A stretch of 64,000 nucleotides of DNA from a virus (taxonomy: Duplodnaviria > Heunggongvirae > Uroviricota > Caudoviricetes): IMG/VR virus record IMGVR_UViG_3300031911_000001, positions 101,881 through 165,880 of that record; one strand, given 5' to 3'. How positions within the stretch are numbered: the stretch's first letter is position 1; every line of letters begins with the position of its first letter. Made by a program: the position numbers and the translations under genes. Positions 45,917-55,978 of the stretch are shown piece after piece. The notes under the pieces are model-generated. The model did not search any database and was not told where the DNA came from. It saw only the letters and a program-made list of their open reading frames with translations.

Positions 45917-46729
45917 ATGCTGTTTGGAAAATCTGGCTATGCCTACAATGCATCGGTGAGGGGCTACGTGTCCCTGTTCGGTACGCTGTTCTCCGACATC
46001 GTCCTCCAACGTAATGGCGATGACAACTGGATTTCAGTACCACTGCGCTTCGGGTCGGGCAATCTCTACGAGAAGGCACCTCAGAATGCGGCCGAACGTG
46101 ACAATTCCCGTGTTCGTGAGCTCGTACCATCGGCATCGTTCTACATCGTTGACCTTCAACGAGATGGAACCCGACAGACCAATCGCCACCAGCCAATGGA
46201 CGTCGGCCTCGGTCAGGTCGTCACCTCTCGCGTCCCGTACAACATCACCTTTGAGCTGGCGGTACGAAACAAGAACTATGACGACCATCTCCAGATTCTG
46301 GAGCAGATCAGCACCACCTTTGATCCTACGATCACGGTGAAGTTCAAGCCTTGGTCAAACGCCTCGGCGACCGAGAACGTCGTGATCCTGTTGGATGCCT
46401 TCTCAGTCGATGACAACTTTGATTCTCAGGTCGAAGACGAAGAACGTCGCATTGAGACGACCTACACCTTCACGCTCAAGGGTTATCTGAACAGGGGTGT
46501 CAAAACTGTTGATCCCATCGAGGAAGTCGTGTTCGGTACTGGAACCGGTCCAGATGACAGCAACCTGACGGTCTTCGTGTCAGACAAGGGAACGTTGAAA
46601 GTGCTGCAGGATCACACTGCTCTGAGCGAAATGATTGAGAACGGATTGTTTGAAACAGTGTTGGTAAATCCTGACACAATTTCAAAAGTTACTAAATCTC
46701 AGAGACGCAAGAAAAAGTTGAACAATTGA
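45917..46729 (+). CDS. gp15: Tail sheath stabiliser/terminator
   Basis: FGTLFSDI, VPL.FG, VPYNI.FEL, QILEQI...FDP. Confidence 0.9.
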   Translation: MLFGKSGYAYNASVRGYVSLFGTLFSDIVLQRNGDDNWISVPLRFGSGNLYEKAPQNAAERDNSRVRELVPSASFYIVDLQRDGTRQTNRHQPMDVGLGQVVTSRVPYNITFELAVRNKNYDDHLQILEQISTTFDPTITVKFKPWSNASATENVVILLDAFSVDDNFDSQVEDEERRIETTYTFTLKGYLNRGVKTVDPIEEVVFGTGTGPDDSNLTVFVSDKGTLKVLQDHTALSEMIENGLFETVLVNPDTISKVTKSQRRKKKLNN

Positions 46730-46730
46730 T

Positions 46731-47309
46731 ATGAGCAAAGCAGTAGACAATCTAAGAGCAACATTGGGCATGTCCCCAATCCCATCCATCGACAATCCTC
46801 CCCCAGAGGATGACGCGGATGATCTGCCGCCACGCCCCCCTGCCAAACTGGTCGTACTTGACAAGCCAACGGTCCTGGACCCGGAGCTGAGCAAGAACAG
46901 TGACCTTGCGCAGGACTACATCTACGCACGTAACCTGAACCACACGCTTCTGCAACTGGTCGGGGATCAATTGGCTGGTGCTGCGACCATGGCCGCCGAG
47001 ACGGAACACCCCCGTGCCTATGGTGTATTCAATGAACTCGCCGGTACGATGCGTGAGCTAATCAAGGACATGCTCGATCTGCAGAAGGTCTTCAAGGACG
47101 TCAAGCGCGACGACAAGGTACTGGATGTGCCTGCTGCTCCTGCGGCCGGTATCGGTACTCAGAACAACTTCTTCAACGGCTCTACGGCTGATGTCGTCCG
47201 CCTGATGGAACAGCATCAACTCCCGGCTATCCTTGACATCGGTGAAGCCGAAGTCGATGAGGTTACCGTGAAGAACGAAAAGAAGGCGGAAGATGGCCAA
47301 GGCGGTTAA
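46731..47309 (+). CDS. gp16: Terminase small subunit
   Basis: DY.YAR, A.ETEHPRAY.VF, NNFFNGST; lies between gp15 and gp17. Confidence 0.85.
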   Translation: MSKAVDNLRATLGMSPIPSIDNPPPEDDADDLPPRPPAKLVVLDKPTVLDPELSKNSDLAQDYIYARNLNHTLLQLVGDQLAGAATMAAETEHPRAYGVFNELAGTMRELIKDMLDLQKVFKDVKRDDKVLDVPAAPAAGIGTQNNFFNGSTADVVRLMEQHQLPAILDIGEAEVDEVTVKNEKKAEDGQGG

Positions 47310-49038
47310 GGGAACACGATTCGCTCAGCTTAAGGACGGTGGCGGCTATCCGTTCCCCGTCGCTGACGATCTGTTTCCACTTGCCTATACGTATCCCAGT
47401 GCGGCTCTGGTCAAGAACGGTCATGTCAAGATGGACATGCGCCCGGAGCATCTGATCGAACTGGTGAAGTGTCGTCAAAACCCGATCTACTTCGCCGAGA
47501 ACTATTGCCGAATCATCTCTGTGGACGATGGTATCGTCCCGTTCAAATTGTACCCGTTCCAGAAGCGGATGATCAAGCAGTATTTCGAGAACCGATTCTC
47601 GTTGACTGTTACGGCCCGCCAGATGGGGAAGACCACCTGCGTGGCAACCTTCATCCTCTGGTTCGCGATGTTCACAGCCGACAAGGAATGTGCGGTGCTG
47701 GCGAACAAGGGTGCTCAGGCTCAGGAAGTCGTGTCTCGTATTCGGATGATGTACGAGTATCTGCCGTTCTTCCTTCAGGTCGGTGCTGTAGTCTACAACA
47801 AGACGTCCTTGGAATTTGACAACCGTTCAAAAATCTTCTCTGCCGCTACCTCCAGCGACTCCATCCGGGGTCACTCTGTAGCGTTGCTGTACATTGACGA
47901 AGCGGCCTTCATCGAGAACGACGCCACCTTCTACGAATCGACATACCCTGTGGTTACCTCGGGTGAAAAGTCCCGCGTGATCATGACGTCTACGCCGAAG
48001 GGCAAGCGGGGGATGTTCTACAAGCTCTACTCCGAAGGGGTCGAGAAGATCAACGAATACAAGGTTCTCACGGTCAAGTGGGACCATCACCCGAAGCGTG
48101 ACGAGAAGTGGAAGGACACGACCATCCGTAACACCAGCAAGCAGCAGTTTGCTCAGGAGTTCGAGTGCTCGTTCATCGGTTCGTCAGGAACACTGATCGA
48201 CTCAGAGACGTTGATGAATCTGTCCTTCATCAACCCCATCAATGAGCCGAAGGAAGGTGAAGAGCAACATCTCTTTATCTACAAGGAGTACGACCCGAAA
48301 CGGAAGTACGTCGCCATTGCCGATCCAAGCGAGGGCTTGGGGCAAGACTATTCAGTCATCACAGTCGTGGATGTCACAGAAACTCCATATCAAGTGGCGG
48401 CTGTATATCGCAACAGCTATATCAGTCCGATCCTGTTCCCTCATACGATTGTCTCGATGGGTGAAGCCTACGGCACCTGTCCTGTGCTGGTCGAAACGAA
48501 CAACGCATGCGGTGGTCAGGTGAGCTACATCCTCTACTATGACCTCGAATACGAGAACTGCATCATGACGAAGCCCGATCCGAAGGGTCGCGGTATGCGT
48601 GAAGGTGGTAAGGCTGCTCAACCGGGTGTGCGTACAACCTCTCGCGTCAAGTCCATCGGATGCGCCAACCTCAAGACGCTTCTCGAGAACGGCACCCTGA
48701 TGCCAAACAACCATCACATCATCGAAGAGCTCGGCACCTTTATTCAAAAGGGTAAGTCATATGAGGCAGACGAGGATTGCCACGATGACACGACGATGAC
48801 ATTGGTGCTCTTCTCATGGCTCATCAAACAGGACTTCTTCAAAGATTACACGGATTCGGACATTGGACGATTCCTCTTTGATAAGAACCGGATGGAGATG
48901 GAGGCCGATCTTGGACCGTTTGGCTTCATCAACAACACCGGCAATCCTGTGGATGAAGAAGCACCTCCAATGTATGAGGGTGGAATTCCATTGAAAGTGG
49001 GTTCTCCGAATGAGTTCGAGAGTTGGATGAACAGTTGA
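47293..49038 (+). CDS. gp17: Terminase large subunit
   Basis: KC..NP.YFA.NY, ARQMGKTT, LYIDEAAF, TSTPKG, ADPSEG.GQDYS, HDD..M. Confidence 0.97.
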   Translation: MAKAVKGTRFAQLKDGGGYPFPVADDLFPLAYTYPSAALVKNGHVKMDMRPEHLIELVKCRQNPIYFAENYCRIISVDDGIVPFKLYPFQKRMIKQYFENRFSLTVTARQMGKTTCVATFILWFAMFTADKECAVLANKGAQAQEVVSRIRMMYEYLPFFLQVGAVVYNKTSLEFDNRSKIFSAATSSDSIRGHSVALLYIDEAAFIENDATFYESTYPVVTSGEKSRVIMTSTPKGKRGMFYKLYSEGVEKINEYKVLTVKWDHHPKRDEKWKDTTIRNTSKQQFAQEFECSFIGSSGTLIDSETLMNLSFINPINEPKEGEEQHLFIYKEYDPKRKYVAIADPSEGLGQDYSVITVVDVTETPYQVAAVYRNSYISPILFPHTIVSMGEAYGTCPVLVETNNACGGQVSYILYYDLEYENCIMTKPDPKGRGMREGGKAAQPGVRTTSRVKSIGCANLKTLLENGTLMPNNHHIIEELGTFIQKGKSYEADEDCHDDTTMTLVLFSWLIKQDFFKDYTDSDIGRFLFDKNRMEMEADLGPFGFINNTGNPVDEEAPPMYEGGIPLKVGSPNEFESWMNS

Positions 49039-49059
49039 TGGCCTAAAAGGCGCAAACCC

Positions 49060-49065
49060 TAAATA
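49060..49065 (+). promoter_or_regulatory. Late promoter TAAATA
   Basis: CCTAAATAC upstream of gp18. Confidence 0.75.
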
Positions 49066-49101
49066 CCTCGTACAAAAATCAATTGTGAAGGATCATTCAA
49101 C

Positions 49102-51552
49102 ATGGCACAGTTTTCATTGAGCCCAGCTGTAACGGTTGTCGAAATCGACAATACGTTGACGGCCGATCAAATTGGTGACTACATTGGCGGTCTCGCTGGA
49201 ACGTTCAACTGGGGTCCTGTTGCGGCGCCTAAGCTGATCACCGGCGGAGAATCTGAGTTGGTGCGAGTGTTCGGTAAGCCTACGAATGACAACTACCTGT
49301 CGTTCCTGGTCTCTGCGGACTTCCTGTCTTACTCTCCAAAAATGTGGGTCTACCGCGACGTAGGTCTGTCTGCTCGTAATGCAGTTCCAGACGGTCAAAC
49401 CGCAGTTCTGGTCAAGAACGAAACCGAAGCTGAAGCCGGCAACTTTGCTGGTATTGACTTCATCGCCAAGTACCCGGGCACCAAGGGCAACGGCATCATC
49501 GTTGACATCGTTGACAACATCGGTTTCAACACATGGGAATTCGCAAACAGCTTCGACTACAAGCCGAAGTCAGGTGAGTTCGCAATCGCCGTGATCGACT
49601 CTTCGGGTGTCTGGTCTGCCGCTGGTGCCCAGAACCAAGCTGAAAAGCTCGTGGTGAACGGTCAAGCCGCTGGTGGTGTGCGTCAAATCCAAACCGTGAC
49701 GGTGTCGGGCACTGCTTCCGGTGGTATCAAGCAAGTTGAAGAACTCACGTTCTCAGGCACTGCTACCGGTACGACCGTGACTGTCGATGGCGTGAACGTG
49801 ACTGTGGTTGCTGGTGACAGTGCTGCTACCGTTGCTGCCAAGGTTGCCGCTGCTCTCGAAGCAGACGCTGACTACGAAAGCGCCGTGTCTATCGTGAACC
49901 GCGTGGTCGTGACGTTTGCCGTTCCGGGCTCACGTACCAAGATTTTCGACGTCAACATGGCAGGTATCGCAGCAACGTCTACGATCCAAACTGCTGGTAA
50001 CTCGACGTTCGCGATCCAATTCCAAGGCGAAACCATCGGTCTCACGACTGGTGATACTGCTGCCATCGTCACCGACAAGATCTATGCTGTGCTCAACGCA
50101 AAGCAAAGCCTCTACATGACGGTGAGCAAGCCGACGACGACTTCGGTCCGTTGGACTTACGTTGACTACGGTCCTCAAACGACTGTGCCGACTCAGACTC
50201 TTGAAGGCGTGACACTGGCTACTGCCGTCGGCACACCGGGTGACGCTGCCATCAGCATCACTGTCTTCGGTACACCGGTTGCTATCCTGCACAAGGACAG
50301 CGCAACAGTCGTTGCTTCGAAGATCGCTACGGCTCTGAACGCTCTGGGTACGCCTCCGTTCAACAGCATCGTGGCTGACAAGAACTCGGTTGACTACCGT
50401 ATCAAGACTGCTGGTAAGAAGGCTGCTCAAGTTACCCCTGCTGCTCAGAACGCTCTGACGTTCGAAGTGGACGTGGTGTCGGTGGGTCGTCTCGGTTCCG
50501 TGCTCGAGAAGTACGAACTGATGTCCATGGACAAGGCAGCGAAGCTGGCTGACGGTTCGACTCAATACTTCGCCGATGCGATGAAGTCTTCTGCCTACGT
50601 GTTTGTCGGTGATCCGACGATGCCGTTGAACACCCGTACCATCACCCTCACGGGCGGTGTGGATGACAACTCGGGCGTGAACCTCACCGATGGCTTCCAA
50701 GAACTCGGAAACGCCGAACAGTACCAAATCAACTACCTCATCGCAGGTGCCGTTGATCCTACGGTGCAAAAGGCTGTGTACGACGTTGCTGATACCCGCA
50801 AGGACTGTATCGCTTACGCTTCGCCTCAGTTCGAAGACGTGGTGAACAACCGCGGTAGCGAAATGGAAGACGTGCTCGACTGGCGCAACATTGAAGTGAA
50901 CCGTGAAACCTCTTACGGCTTCAATGACGACAACTGGGCTCTGATCTACGACGCTTACAACGACGTGAACCGCTGGATTCCGTGCTGCGGTGGTACTGCT
51001 GGCCTCAAGGCTCGTACTGACCGTGAACAGAACCCATGGGACAGCCCGGCAGGTCACGAGAATGGTCGCTACAAGAACTACATCCGTCTGGCATGGTCTG
51101 CGAACAAGTCACAACGTGACGAGCTCTACAAGGCCAGCGTGAACAGCGTGGTGAGCTTCCCGGGCGAAGGCATTCTGCTGTACGGTGACAAGACTTCGCT
51201 GACTCGTCCAAGCGCATTCCGCCACGTCAATGTTCGCTCTGCGTTCATCGTGGCTGAAGTGAGCCTGGCAAGACTGGCGAAATACTTCCTGTTCAAGAAC
51301 AACACGCCCTACACACGTGCCCAGTTCCTGAACGCCACACGTCCGTTGATCCGTAACATGGTCGCGGCTGGTGCGTTCGAGGACGGCAAGGTGGTAGCGG
51401 ACGGCCGTAACAACGGACCGGATGTGCGTCGTGCAAATCAGTTGGTTGGCAACATCTACCTGATCCCGAACTACTCGATCAACAACGTGATCCTGTACTT
51501 CGAAGCAACGGCTGCTGGCATCTCGTTCGATGAAGTCGAGAACTTCGCCTAA
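49102..51552 (+). CDS. gp18: Tail sheath protein with ~290-aa insertion
   Basis: SPAV.V.EID, FNWGPV, PWDSPAG, LYKASVN.V, GDKT.....SAFRHVNVR. Confidence 0.95.
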   Translation: MAQFSLSPAVTVVEIDNTLTADQIGDYIGGLAGTFNWGPVAAPKLITGGESELVRVFGKPTNDNYLSFLVSADFLSYSPKMWVYRDVGLSARNAVPDGQTAVLVKNETEAEAGNFAGIDFIAKYPGTKGNGIIVDIVDNIGFNTWEFANSFDYKPKSGEFAIAVIDSSGVWSAAGAQNQAEKLVVNGQAAGGVRQIQTVTVSGTASGGIKQVEELTFSGTATGTTVTVDGVNVTVVAGDSAATVAAKVAAALEADADYESAVSIVNRVVVTFAVPGSRTKIFDVNMAGIAATSTIQTAGNSTFAIQFQGETIGLTTGDTAAIVTDKIYAVLNAKQSLYMTVSKPTTTSVRWTYVDYGPQTTVPTQTLEGVTLATAVGTPGDAAISITVFGTPVAILHKDSATVVASKIATALNALGTPPFNSIVADKNSVDYRIKTAGKKAAQVTPAAQNALTFEVDVVSVGRLGSVLEKYELMSMDKAAKLADGSTQYFADAMKSSAYVFVGDPTMPLNTRTITLTGGVDDNSGVNLTDGFQELGNAEQYQINYLIAGAVDPTVQKAVYDVADTRKDCIAYASPQFEDVVNNRGSEMEDVLDWRNIEVNRETSYGFNDDNWALIYDAYNDVNRWIPCCGGTAGLKARTDREQNPWDSPAGHENGRYKNYIRLAWSANKSQRDELYKASVNSVVSFPGEGILLYGDKTSLTRPSAFRHVNVRSAFIVAEVSLARLAKYFLFKNNTPYTRAQFLNATRPLIRNMVAAGAFEDGKVVADGRNNGPDVRRANQLVGNIYLIPNYSINNVILYFEATAAGISFDEVENFA

Positions 51553-51582
51553 TTGACGAAGGGGAGGGTTGATTCCCTCCCC

Positions 51583-51588
51583 TAAGTA
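51583..51588 (+). promoter_or_regulatory. Late promoter variant TAAGTA after hairpin
   Basis: GGGGAGGG/CCCTCCCC hairpin (51561-51582) then TAAGTA, upstream of gp19. Confidence 0.5.
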
Positions 51589-51607
51589 ATACGACACGGA
51601 GCAAACA

Positions 51608-52135
51608 ATGCCAAATATCACAGAATTCAGAACAGCCATTCGCTCAGGCCTCGTACGCCAGCACAAGTGGCGAGTCATCTTCAACTTCCCTGCTTTTGCA
51701 TCGACAAGTGAAGTGGCTCGTCAGGCTTCCCTTCAAGCGCGTACCGCCAACATTCCGAGCTCAACACTCGGTGTGATGGAAGTGCCTTACGGTGGCCGTG
51801 TGCTGCCACTACCGGGTGACCGCCAGTATGAAGAGTTCACCACGAACTTCATTGCTGTAAACGATCACAAGGTGCGTGACGCTCTCGAACGTTGGTCTGA
51901 GAACATCAACGGTTCGGAAAGCAACATCGGTCTTGCAAACCTCGAAGACTACATGCGTGACGTGGTTCTCGAAATGCTCGACAACAACGACAATGTGACC
52001 AAGACATACGTCCTCAAGGATGCATGGCCTGTGATCATTGGTCAATCCGATCTCGATCAAGGTTCACAAGACTCCTTCGTGGAGTTCCCGGTGACGTGGC
52101 GCTTCATCAACTACGAATCGAACACGACCCTCTAA
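51608..52135 (+). CDS. gp19: Tail tube protein
   Basis: EVPYGGR...LPGDRQY, W...IN, AWP..IG...LD. Confidence 0.93.
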   Translation: MPNITEFRTAIRSGLVRQHKWRVIFNFPAFASTSEVARQASLQARTANIPSSTLGVMEVPYGGRVLPLPGDRQYEEFTTNFIAVNDHKVRDALERWSENINGSESNIGLANLEDYMRDVVLEMLDNNDNVTKTYVLKDAWPVIIGQSDLDQGSQDSFVEFPVTWRFINYESNTTL

Positions 52136-52168
52136 GAAGAACACGACAAGAAGAATAACGGGTCTTTC

Positions 52169-52197
52169 AAAGGTGCTTTCGGGCACCTTTCTTTTTT
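52169..52197 (+). terminator. Rho-independent terminator with UUCG loop
   Basis: AAAGGTGCT-TTCG-GGCACCTTT-CTTTTT. Confidence 0.85.
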
Positions 52198-52199
52198 GG

Positions 52200-52205
52200 T
52201 AAATA
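52200..52205 (+). promoter_or_regulatory. Late promoter TAAATA
   Basis: Upstream of the portal gene. Confidence 0.7.
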
Positions 52206-52231
52206 CAGGGAATGTGAAGGATTGAAAGAAT

Positions 52232-53923
52232 ATGGCTAATCAGAGATTGAACCAATTCGCTCAGGTATTTCAAGGCTGGTCCCTTGATCGTCTGAACGTC
52301 AAGAAAACCGAAGAAGACAAGCTCCTCAAAGCGACGGACTTCCTTGACATCGATAACCCAGATGGTGCCGAGGTACTTGACGCATCCTTCTTCATGTCTT
52401 CGAGTTATCAGACTCAGGACTCACTCAAAGACCAAGCCGACAAGATCAATGAATATCGATCAATGGCCTACTACCCGGAAGTGGAGTGGGCAATCGATGA
52501 CATCATTAATGCGGTGGTGTCCTGCGACAGCGATGAGATTCCGGTACAGGTGTCATTGGACAAGGTCGAACTGACGAAGGCCACCAAGGACAAGATCAAC
52601 AACGAATTCAATCACCTGCTCGGCGTATTGGACTTCAACAACGTCGCCTACGAATTGCTCAAAGAGTGGTACATCGATGGTCGCCTGATCTTCCAAGTCA
52701 TCGTCGATCCGAACAAGCCGAAAGAAGGAATTCAGAAGCTGATCCCTCTCGATCCACGGGCCATCAAGAAGGTCATCCAGATCAAGAAGGAACCTAACCG
52801 TGATCGCGTCGAGACCGTCAAGTCGATTGATCGTTTCTACATCTACGATCAATCCTTTGCGGTCGAGAACAACCCAGGCAAGCTCAAGAACACGGTGACC
52901 TCCTTTGGCCGCCAGTCACAGAAGCTGCGCATCGAGGAAGACTCCATCGTTGCCGTATCAAGTGGTCTGGTTGATGCTAATACCGGGTCCTCACTGTCTT
53001 ACCTCGAGTACGCTCGTAAGGCGGTAAACAACCTTCGTACCATGGAAGACGCGATGGTGATCTACCGATTCACCCGTGCTCCTGAACGTCGTGCCTTCTA
53101 CGTCGATACCGGCTCATTGCCTACGAAGTCGGCTGAAGAGTACCTGCAAAAGATCATGAACCGCTTCAAGACGAAGATCAGCTATGATGCTACGTCCGGC
53201 AAGGTCCAGACCAATGCCCATCAAATGACGATGATGGAAGACTACTGGCTGCCCCGTAAGGAAGGCACCCGTGGAACTGAAATCTCTACGATCCCCGGTG
53301 GTCAAAATCTGAATGACATCGAGGACGTGCTGTACTTCCTGAAGAAGCTCTACAAGTCATTGAAGGTTCCTGAGTCTCGTCTCAACCCTGACCAAGGCAT
53401 CCTCTTGGGTGGACGTGGTGCGGAAGTGAGCCGTGACGAGTGGAAGTTCGACAAGTTCATTCAACGCCTGCGCCGCCGTTTCGCTGGGTTGTTCATCAGT
53501 ATCCTCGGCAAGCAATTGGTCCTCAAGAACATTTGCACCGAAGATGATTGGAAGAACATCATCAAGCCGAACCTCCAATTCATGTATGCCTCCGATGGCT
53601 ATATGAAAGAGCAGCAGGAACTCGACACCTTTGCAAACCGTGTTGCCATCCTGTCATCGGTTGACAATTACGTCGGCAAATACTTCTCCAAGGAGACGAT
53701 TGAACGTGTTGTCCTGCGCCGCTCTGATGAAGAGATCGAGAAAGAACGCAAGAAGATCGTCGAAGAATTGAAGGCCGGCATCATCACTATCTCTCCACCC
53801 GAAGAAGAATTGGGCGGTGGTGAAGATGCAGGGCTCGGGGCCGCACCCCAAGGACCAAACTTCGGTAATTCCGCCGTCCCTGCTGCGGATGACGATGCCG
53901 ATGAAGAGTTTGTTCAAACCTAA
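52232..53923 (+). CDS. gp20: Portal protein
   Basis: YR.MA.YPEV..AIDDI.N, WYIDGR, MEDAMVIYR..RAPERR.FY.DTG.LP, EDYWLPR.EG.RGTEI.T.PGG. Confidence 0.97.
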   Translation: MANQRLNQFAQVFQGWSLDRLNVKKTEEDKLLKATDFLDIDNPDGAEVLDASFFMSSSYQTQDSLKDQADKINEYRSMAYYPEVEWAIDDIINAVVSCDSDEIPVQVSLDKVELTKATKDKINNEFNHLLGVLDFNNVAYELLKEWYIDGRLIFQVIVDPNKPKEGIQKLIPLDPRAIKKVIQIKKEPNRDRVETVKSIDRFYIYDQSFAVENNPGKLKNTVTSFGRQSQKLRIEEDSIVAVSSGLVDANTGSSLSYLEYARKAVNNLRTMEDAMVIYRFTRAPERRAFYVDTGSLPTKSAEEYLQKIMNRFKTKISYDATSGKVQTNAHQMTMMEDYWLPRKEGTRGTEISTIPGGQNLNDIEDVLYFLKKLYKSLKVPESRLNPDQGILLGGRGAEVSRDEWKFDKFIQRLRRRFAGLFISILGKQLVLKNICTEDDWKNIIKPNLQFMYASDGYMKEQQELDTFANRVAILSSVDNYVGKYFSKETIERVVLRRSDEEIEKERKKIVEELKAGIITISPPEEELGGGEDAGLGAAPQGPNFGNSAVPAADDDADEEFVQT

Positions 53924-53926
53924 ATA
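53921..53926 (+). promoter_or_regulatory. Late promoter TAAATA
   Basis: Overlaps the gp20 stop. Confidence 0.55.
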
Positions 53927-53943
53927 GATAGAAGGATTAAGAA

Positions 53944-54093
53944 ATGAACGACACCATCATTGCACTTGCCCGTGAAGGCAAAAAGGAAGAATTCAAGGCT
54001 GCTATCAAAGAGCAGCTGAATCAACGTCGTGATACCACCCTCACGAACCTCCGCACAGCAATGGCTGCAAGCATCGGACAAAAGAAGAAGTAA
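53944..54093 (+). CDS. Small prohead core protein, gp67-like (49 aa, below track cutoff)
   Basis: MNDTIIALAREGKKEEFKAAIKEQLNQRR...; lies between gp20 and gp68-like; AAGGA RBS. Confidence 0.65.
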   Translation: MNDTIIALAREGKKEEFKAAIKEQLNQRRDTTLTNLRTAMAASIGQKKK

Positions 54094-54096
54094 GAC

Positions 54097-54414
54097 ATGA
54101 AGAGCCTACAAGAAATCATCGAAGAAGCGCAAAGCACTGACGACGGTGAAGGCTTTGCTCTTGTTTCGGAAAAGTTCGTCTACAAGGTCAATTCCAAGGG
54201 CAAGAAGCGTAAGAAGCTCCGCTGCCCCAAGGGGATGAAGCCGAACCCACATGGCACTTCCTGCATCCCAATGCGTGGAGCAGAGAAGCGCAACCACAAG
54301 GTCGGTGCCCGTCATGCTGTGCGTACGGTCAAGGCCAAGGGTAATGCCCTGAAGCAACGCAAGGTTCGTAAGACCCGCAAGGCGATGCGCTACCGTAAAA
54401 ACCTCGGACTCTAA
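54097..54414 (+). CDS. Prohead core protein, gp68-like
   Basis: Basic; acidic N-terminus LQE/ISE; ends RKTRKAMRYRKNLGL; precedes gp21. Confidence 0.8.
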   Translation: MKSLQEIIEEAQSTDDGEGFALVSEKFVYKVNSKGKKRKKLRCPKGMKPNPHGTSCIPMRGAEKRNHKVGARHAVRTVKAKGNALKQRKVRKTRKAMRYRKNLGL

Positions 54415-54426
54415 AAGAAGAACAAC

Positions 54427-55050
54427 ATGAGATTCATTACAGAACAACTCGATGAGGGTCTCGTACCTCTCGTTGAATGGACAAAGACAGACGGCGTCCT
54501 GTACATCGAGGGTCCATTCCTCATGGCAGAAGCCAAGAACCGCAACGGCCGCTTCTACCCGAAGCAGTTGATGGAACAGTGTGTGGACCGCTACACCAAG
54601 GACTACATCAATGAGCGTCGTGCCATCGGTGAACTGAATCATCCTGAGCGTCCGTTCGCCGACCCGATGCATGCTGCCATCATCGTTGAGTCCCTGTCAT
54701 GGGAAAAGAACAACGTGATCGGCAAGGCGCGCGTCATCGATTCTATCGAAGGACGTCAAGTCAAAGCCCTGATGGAAGCTAACTTCCGTATGGGCGTCTC
54801 GTCACGTGGTCTGGGCAAGCTCAAGCAGCTCCGTGAACACGTACTGGTCGAGAAATACGTCCTCAATGCTATTGACGCCGTAGATCGTCCGAGCGGCCAA
54901 ACCTGCTATGTAGATGCAGTAAATGAATCTACGGTCAACGAGTGGGTCGAGGAAAACGGTATCTGGGTTGAAAAGAAGCGCTTTGACGAGCAGGCCTTCC
55001 TGAACAACTTGGATCGCATGGTTGAGATTCTGAAAAAGAATCGTCAATAA
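54427..55050 (+). CDS. gp21: Prohead protease
   Basis: LYIEGPF..AE.KNRNGR.YP, GEL.HP, GVSSRG.G, D.V..PS. Confidence 0.95.
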   Translation: MRFITEQLDEGLVPLVEWTKTDGVLYIEGPFLMAEAKNRNGRFYPKQLMEQCVDRYTKDYINERRAIGELNHPERPFADPMHAAIIVESLSWEKNNVIGKARVIDSIEGRQVKALMEANFRMGVSSRGLGKLKQLREHVLVEKYVLNAIDAVDRPSGQTCYVDAVNESTVNEWVEENGIWVEKKRFDEQAFLNNLDRMVEILKKNRQ

Positions 55051-55061
55051 ATCGAGTTCAC

Positions 55062-55067
55062 TAAATA
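55062..55067 (+). promoter_or_regulatory. Late promoter TAAATA
   Basis: ACTAAATAC upstream of gp22. Confidence 0.75.
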
Positions 55068-55094
55068 CCACTGTACACATCAAAGGAAACGAGA

Positions 55095-55895
55095 ATGTCA
55101 AACAAACAAATTGAACAACTCTTGGAAGGCATCGAAGGTCTGACTCCAGAGTTCAAGGAAAAGGCCACGGTGATTTTCGACGCTGCTGTTCAAGAAGCTG
55201 CTGACGCACACATTGCGGAACAGACAGTTGCTTTGTCAGAAGCCTCGGACCAACGTGTCGAACAAGCAATCGCTGAAGCCACCGAGAAGTTCAAGGCCAC
55301 CCTTGATGTCTTCCTCGACGAAGCAGTCACCGAATGGGTCACCGAGAACGCAGTCCCTCTGGACGGCCAGCTCAAGGGCCAGATCGCAGAATCTTTCATC
55401 AATGGCCTGGCTGCGATCTATGAATCGCACAACGTCAAGTTCGATGACCAGACAGCCGAAAAGGTTGCTGACCTCGAAAAGCGTCTGACCGAAGCTACGG
55501 AACAACTCGCTGCCGCTCAGTCCACACTGAACGAAGCTGCCGTTGCCGCCGCTGAAGTCGAAAAGACCAGCGTGTTCGAAGCAGCAGTCAAGGACCTCGC
55601 GGATACGCAGAAGGATCGCGTCAAGCGCCTGATCGAATCCATCGAAGTCAAGGACCCTGCCGACTACGCCAAGAAGCTCTCCTTCATCGTTGAAGCCGTG
55701 ACCGGTGTCGATGGTGCCAAGAAGGACGGCGAAGAAGGCAAGGAAGGCGAGAAGGACGGCGACAAGGGTGCTAAGCCCAATGAAGCTCCTGGCAAGGAAG
55801 AAAAGATCGTAGAGCAACACGTGGAAGAACCGAAGATGGTTGAGCCTGTGATCTCGGCTACCCTCGCATTCATGCGTAAGGGTCGCAAGCAGTAA
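55095..55895 (+). CDS. gp22: Prohead scaffold protein
   Basis: L..EFKEKA.VIF.AAV, YL/FLDE.V.EW..EN, L.DTQK; coiled coil. Confidence 0.92.
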   Translation: MSNKQIEQLLEGIEGLTPEFKEKATVIFDAAVQEAADAHIAEQTVALSEASDQRVEQAIAEATEKFKATLDVFLDEAVTEWVTENAVPLDGQLKGQIAESFINGLAAIYESHNVKFDDQTAEKVADLEKRLTEATEQLAAAQSTLNEAAVAAAEVEKTSVFEAAVKDLADTQKDRVKRLIESIEVKDPADYAKKLSFIVEAVTGVDGAKKDGEEGKEGEKDGDKGAKPNEAPGKEEKIVEQHVEEPKMVEPVISATLAFMRKGRKQ

Positions 55896-55932
55896 TTGGA
55901 ATTGGTGAGTTGGAAGTAAAATTCCAATTCAC

Positions 55933-55938
55933 TAAATA
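55933..55938 (+). promoter_or_regulatory. Late promoter TAAATA
   Basis: Upstream of the major capsid gene. Confidence 0.75.
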
Positions 55939-55978
55939 AGTTTGTTGATATTGTGATTATCAAAACGTAACAAGGAAA

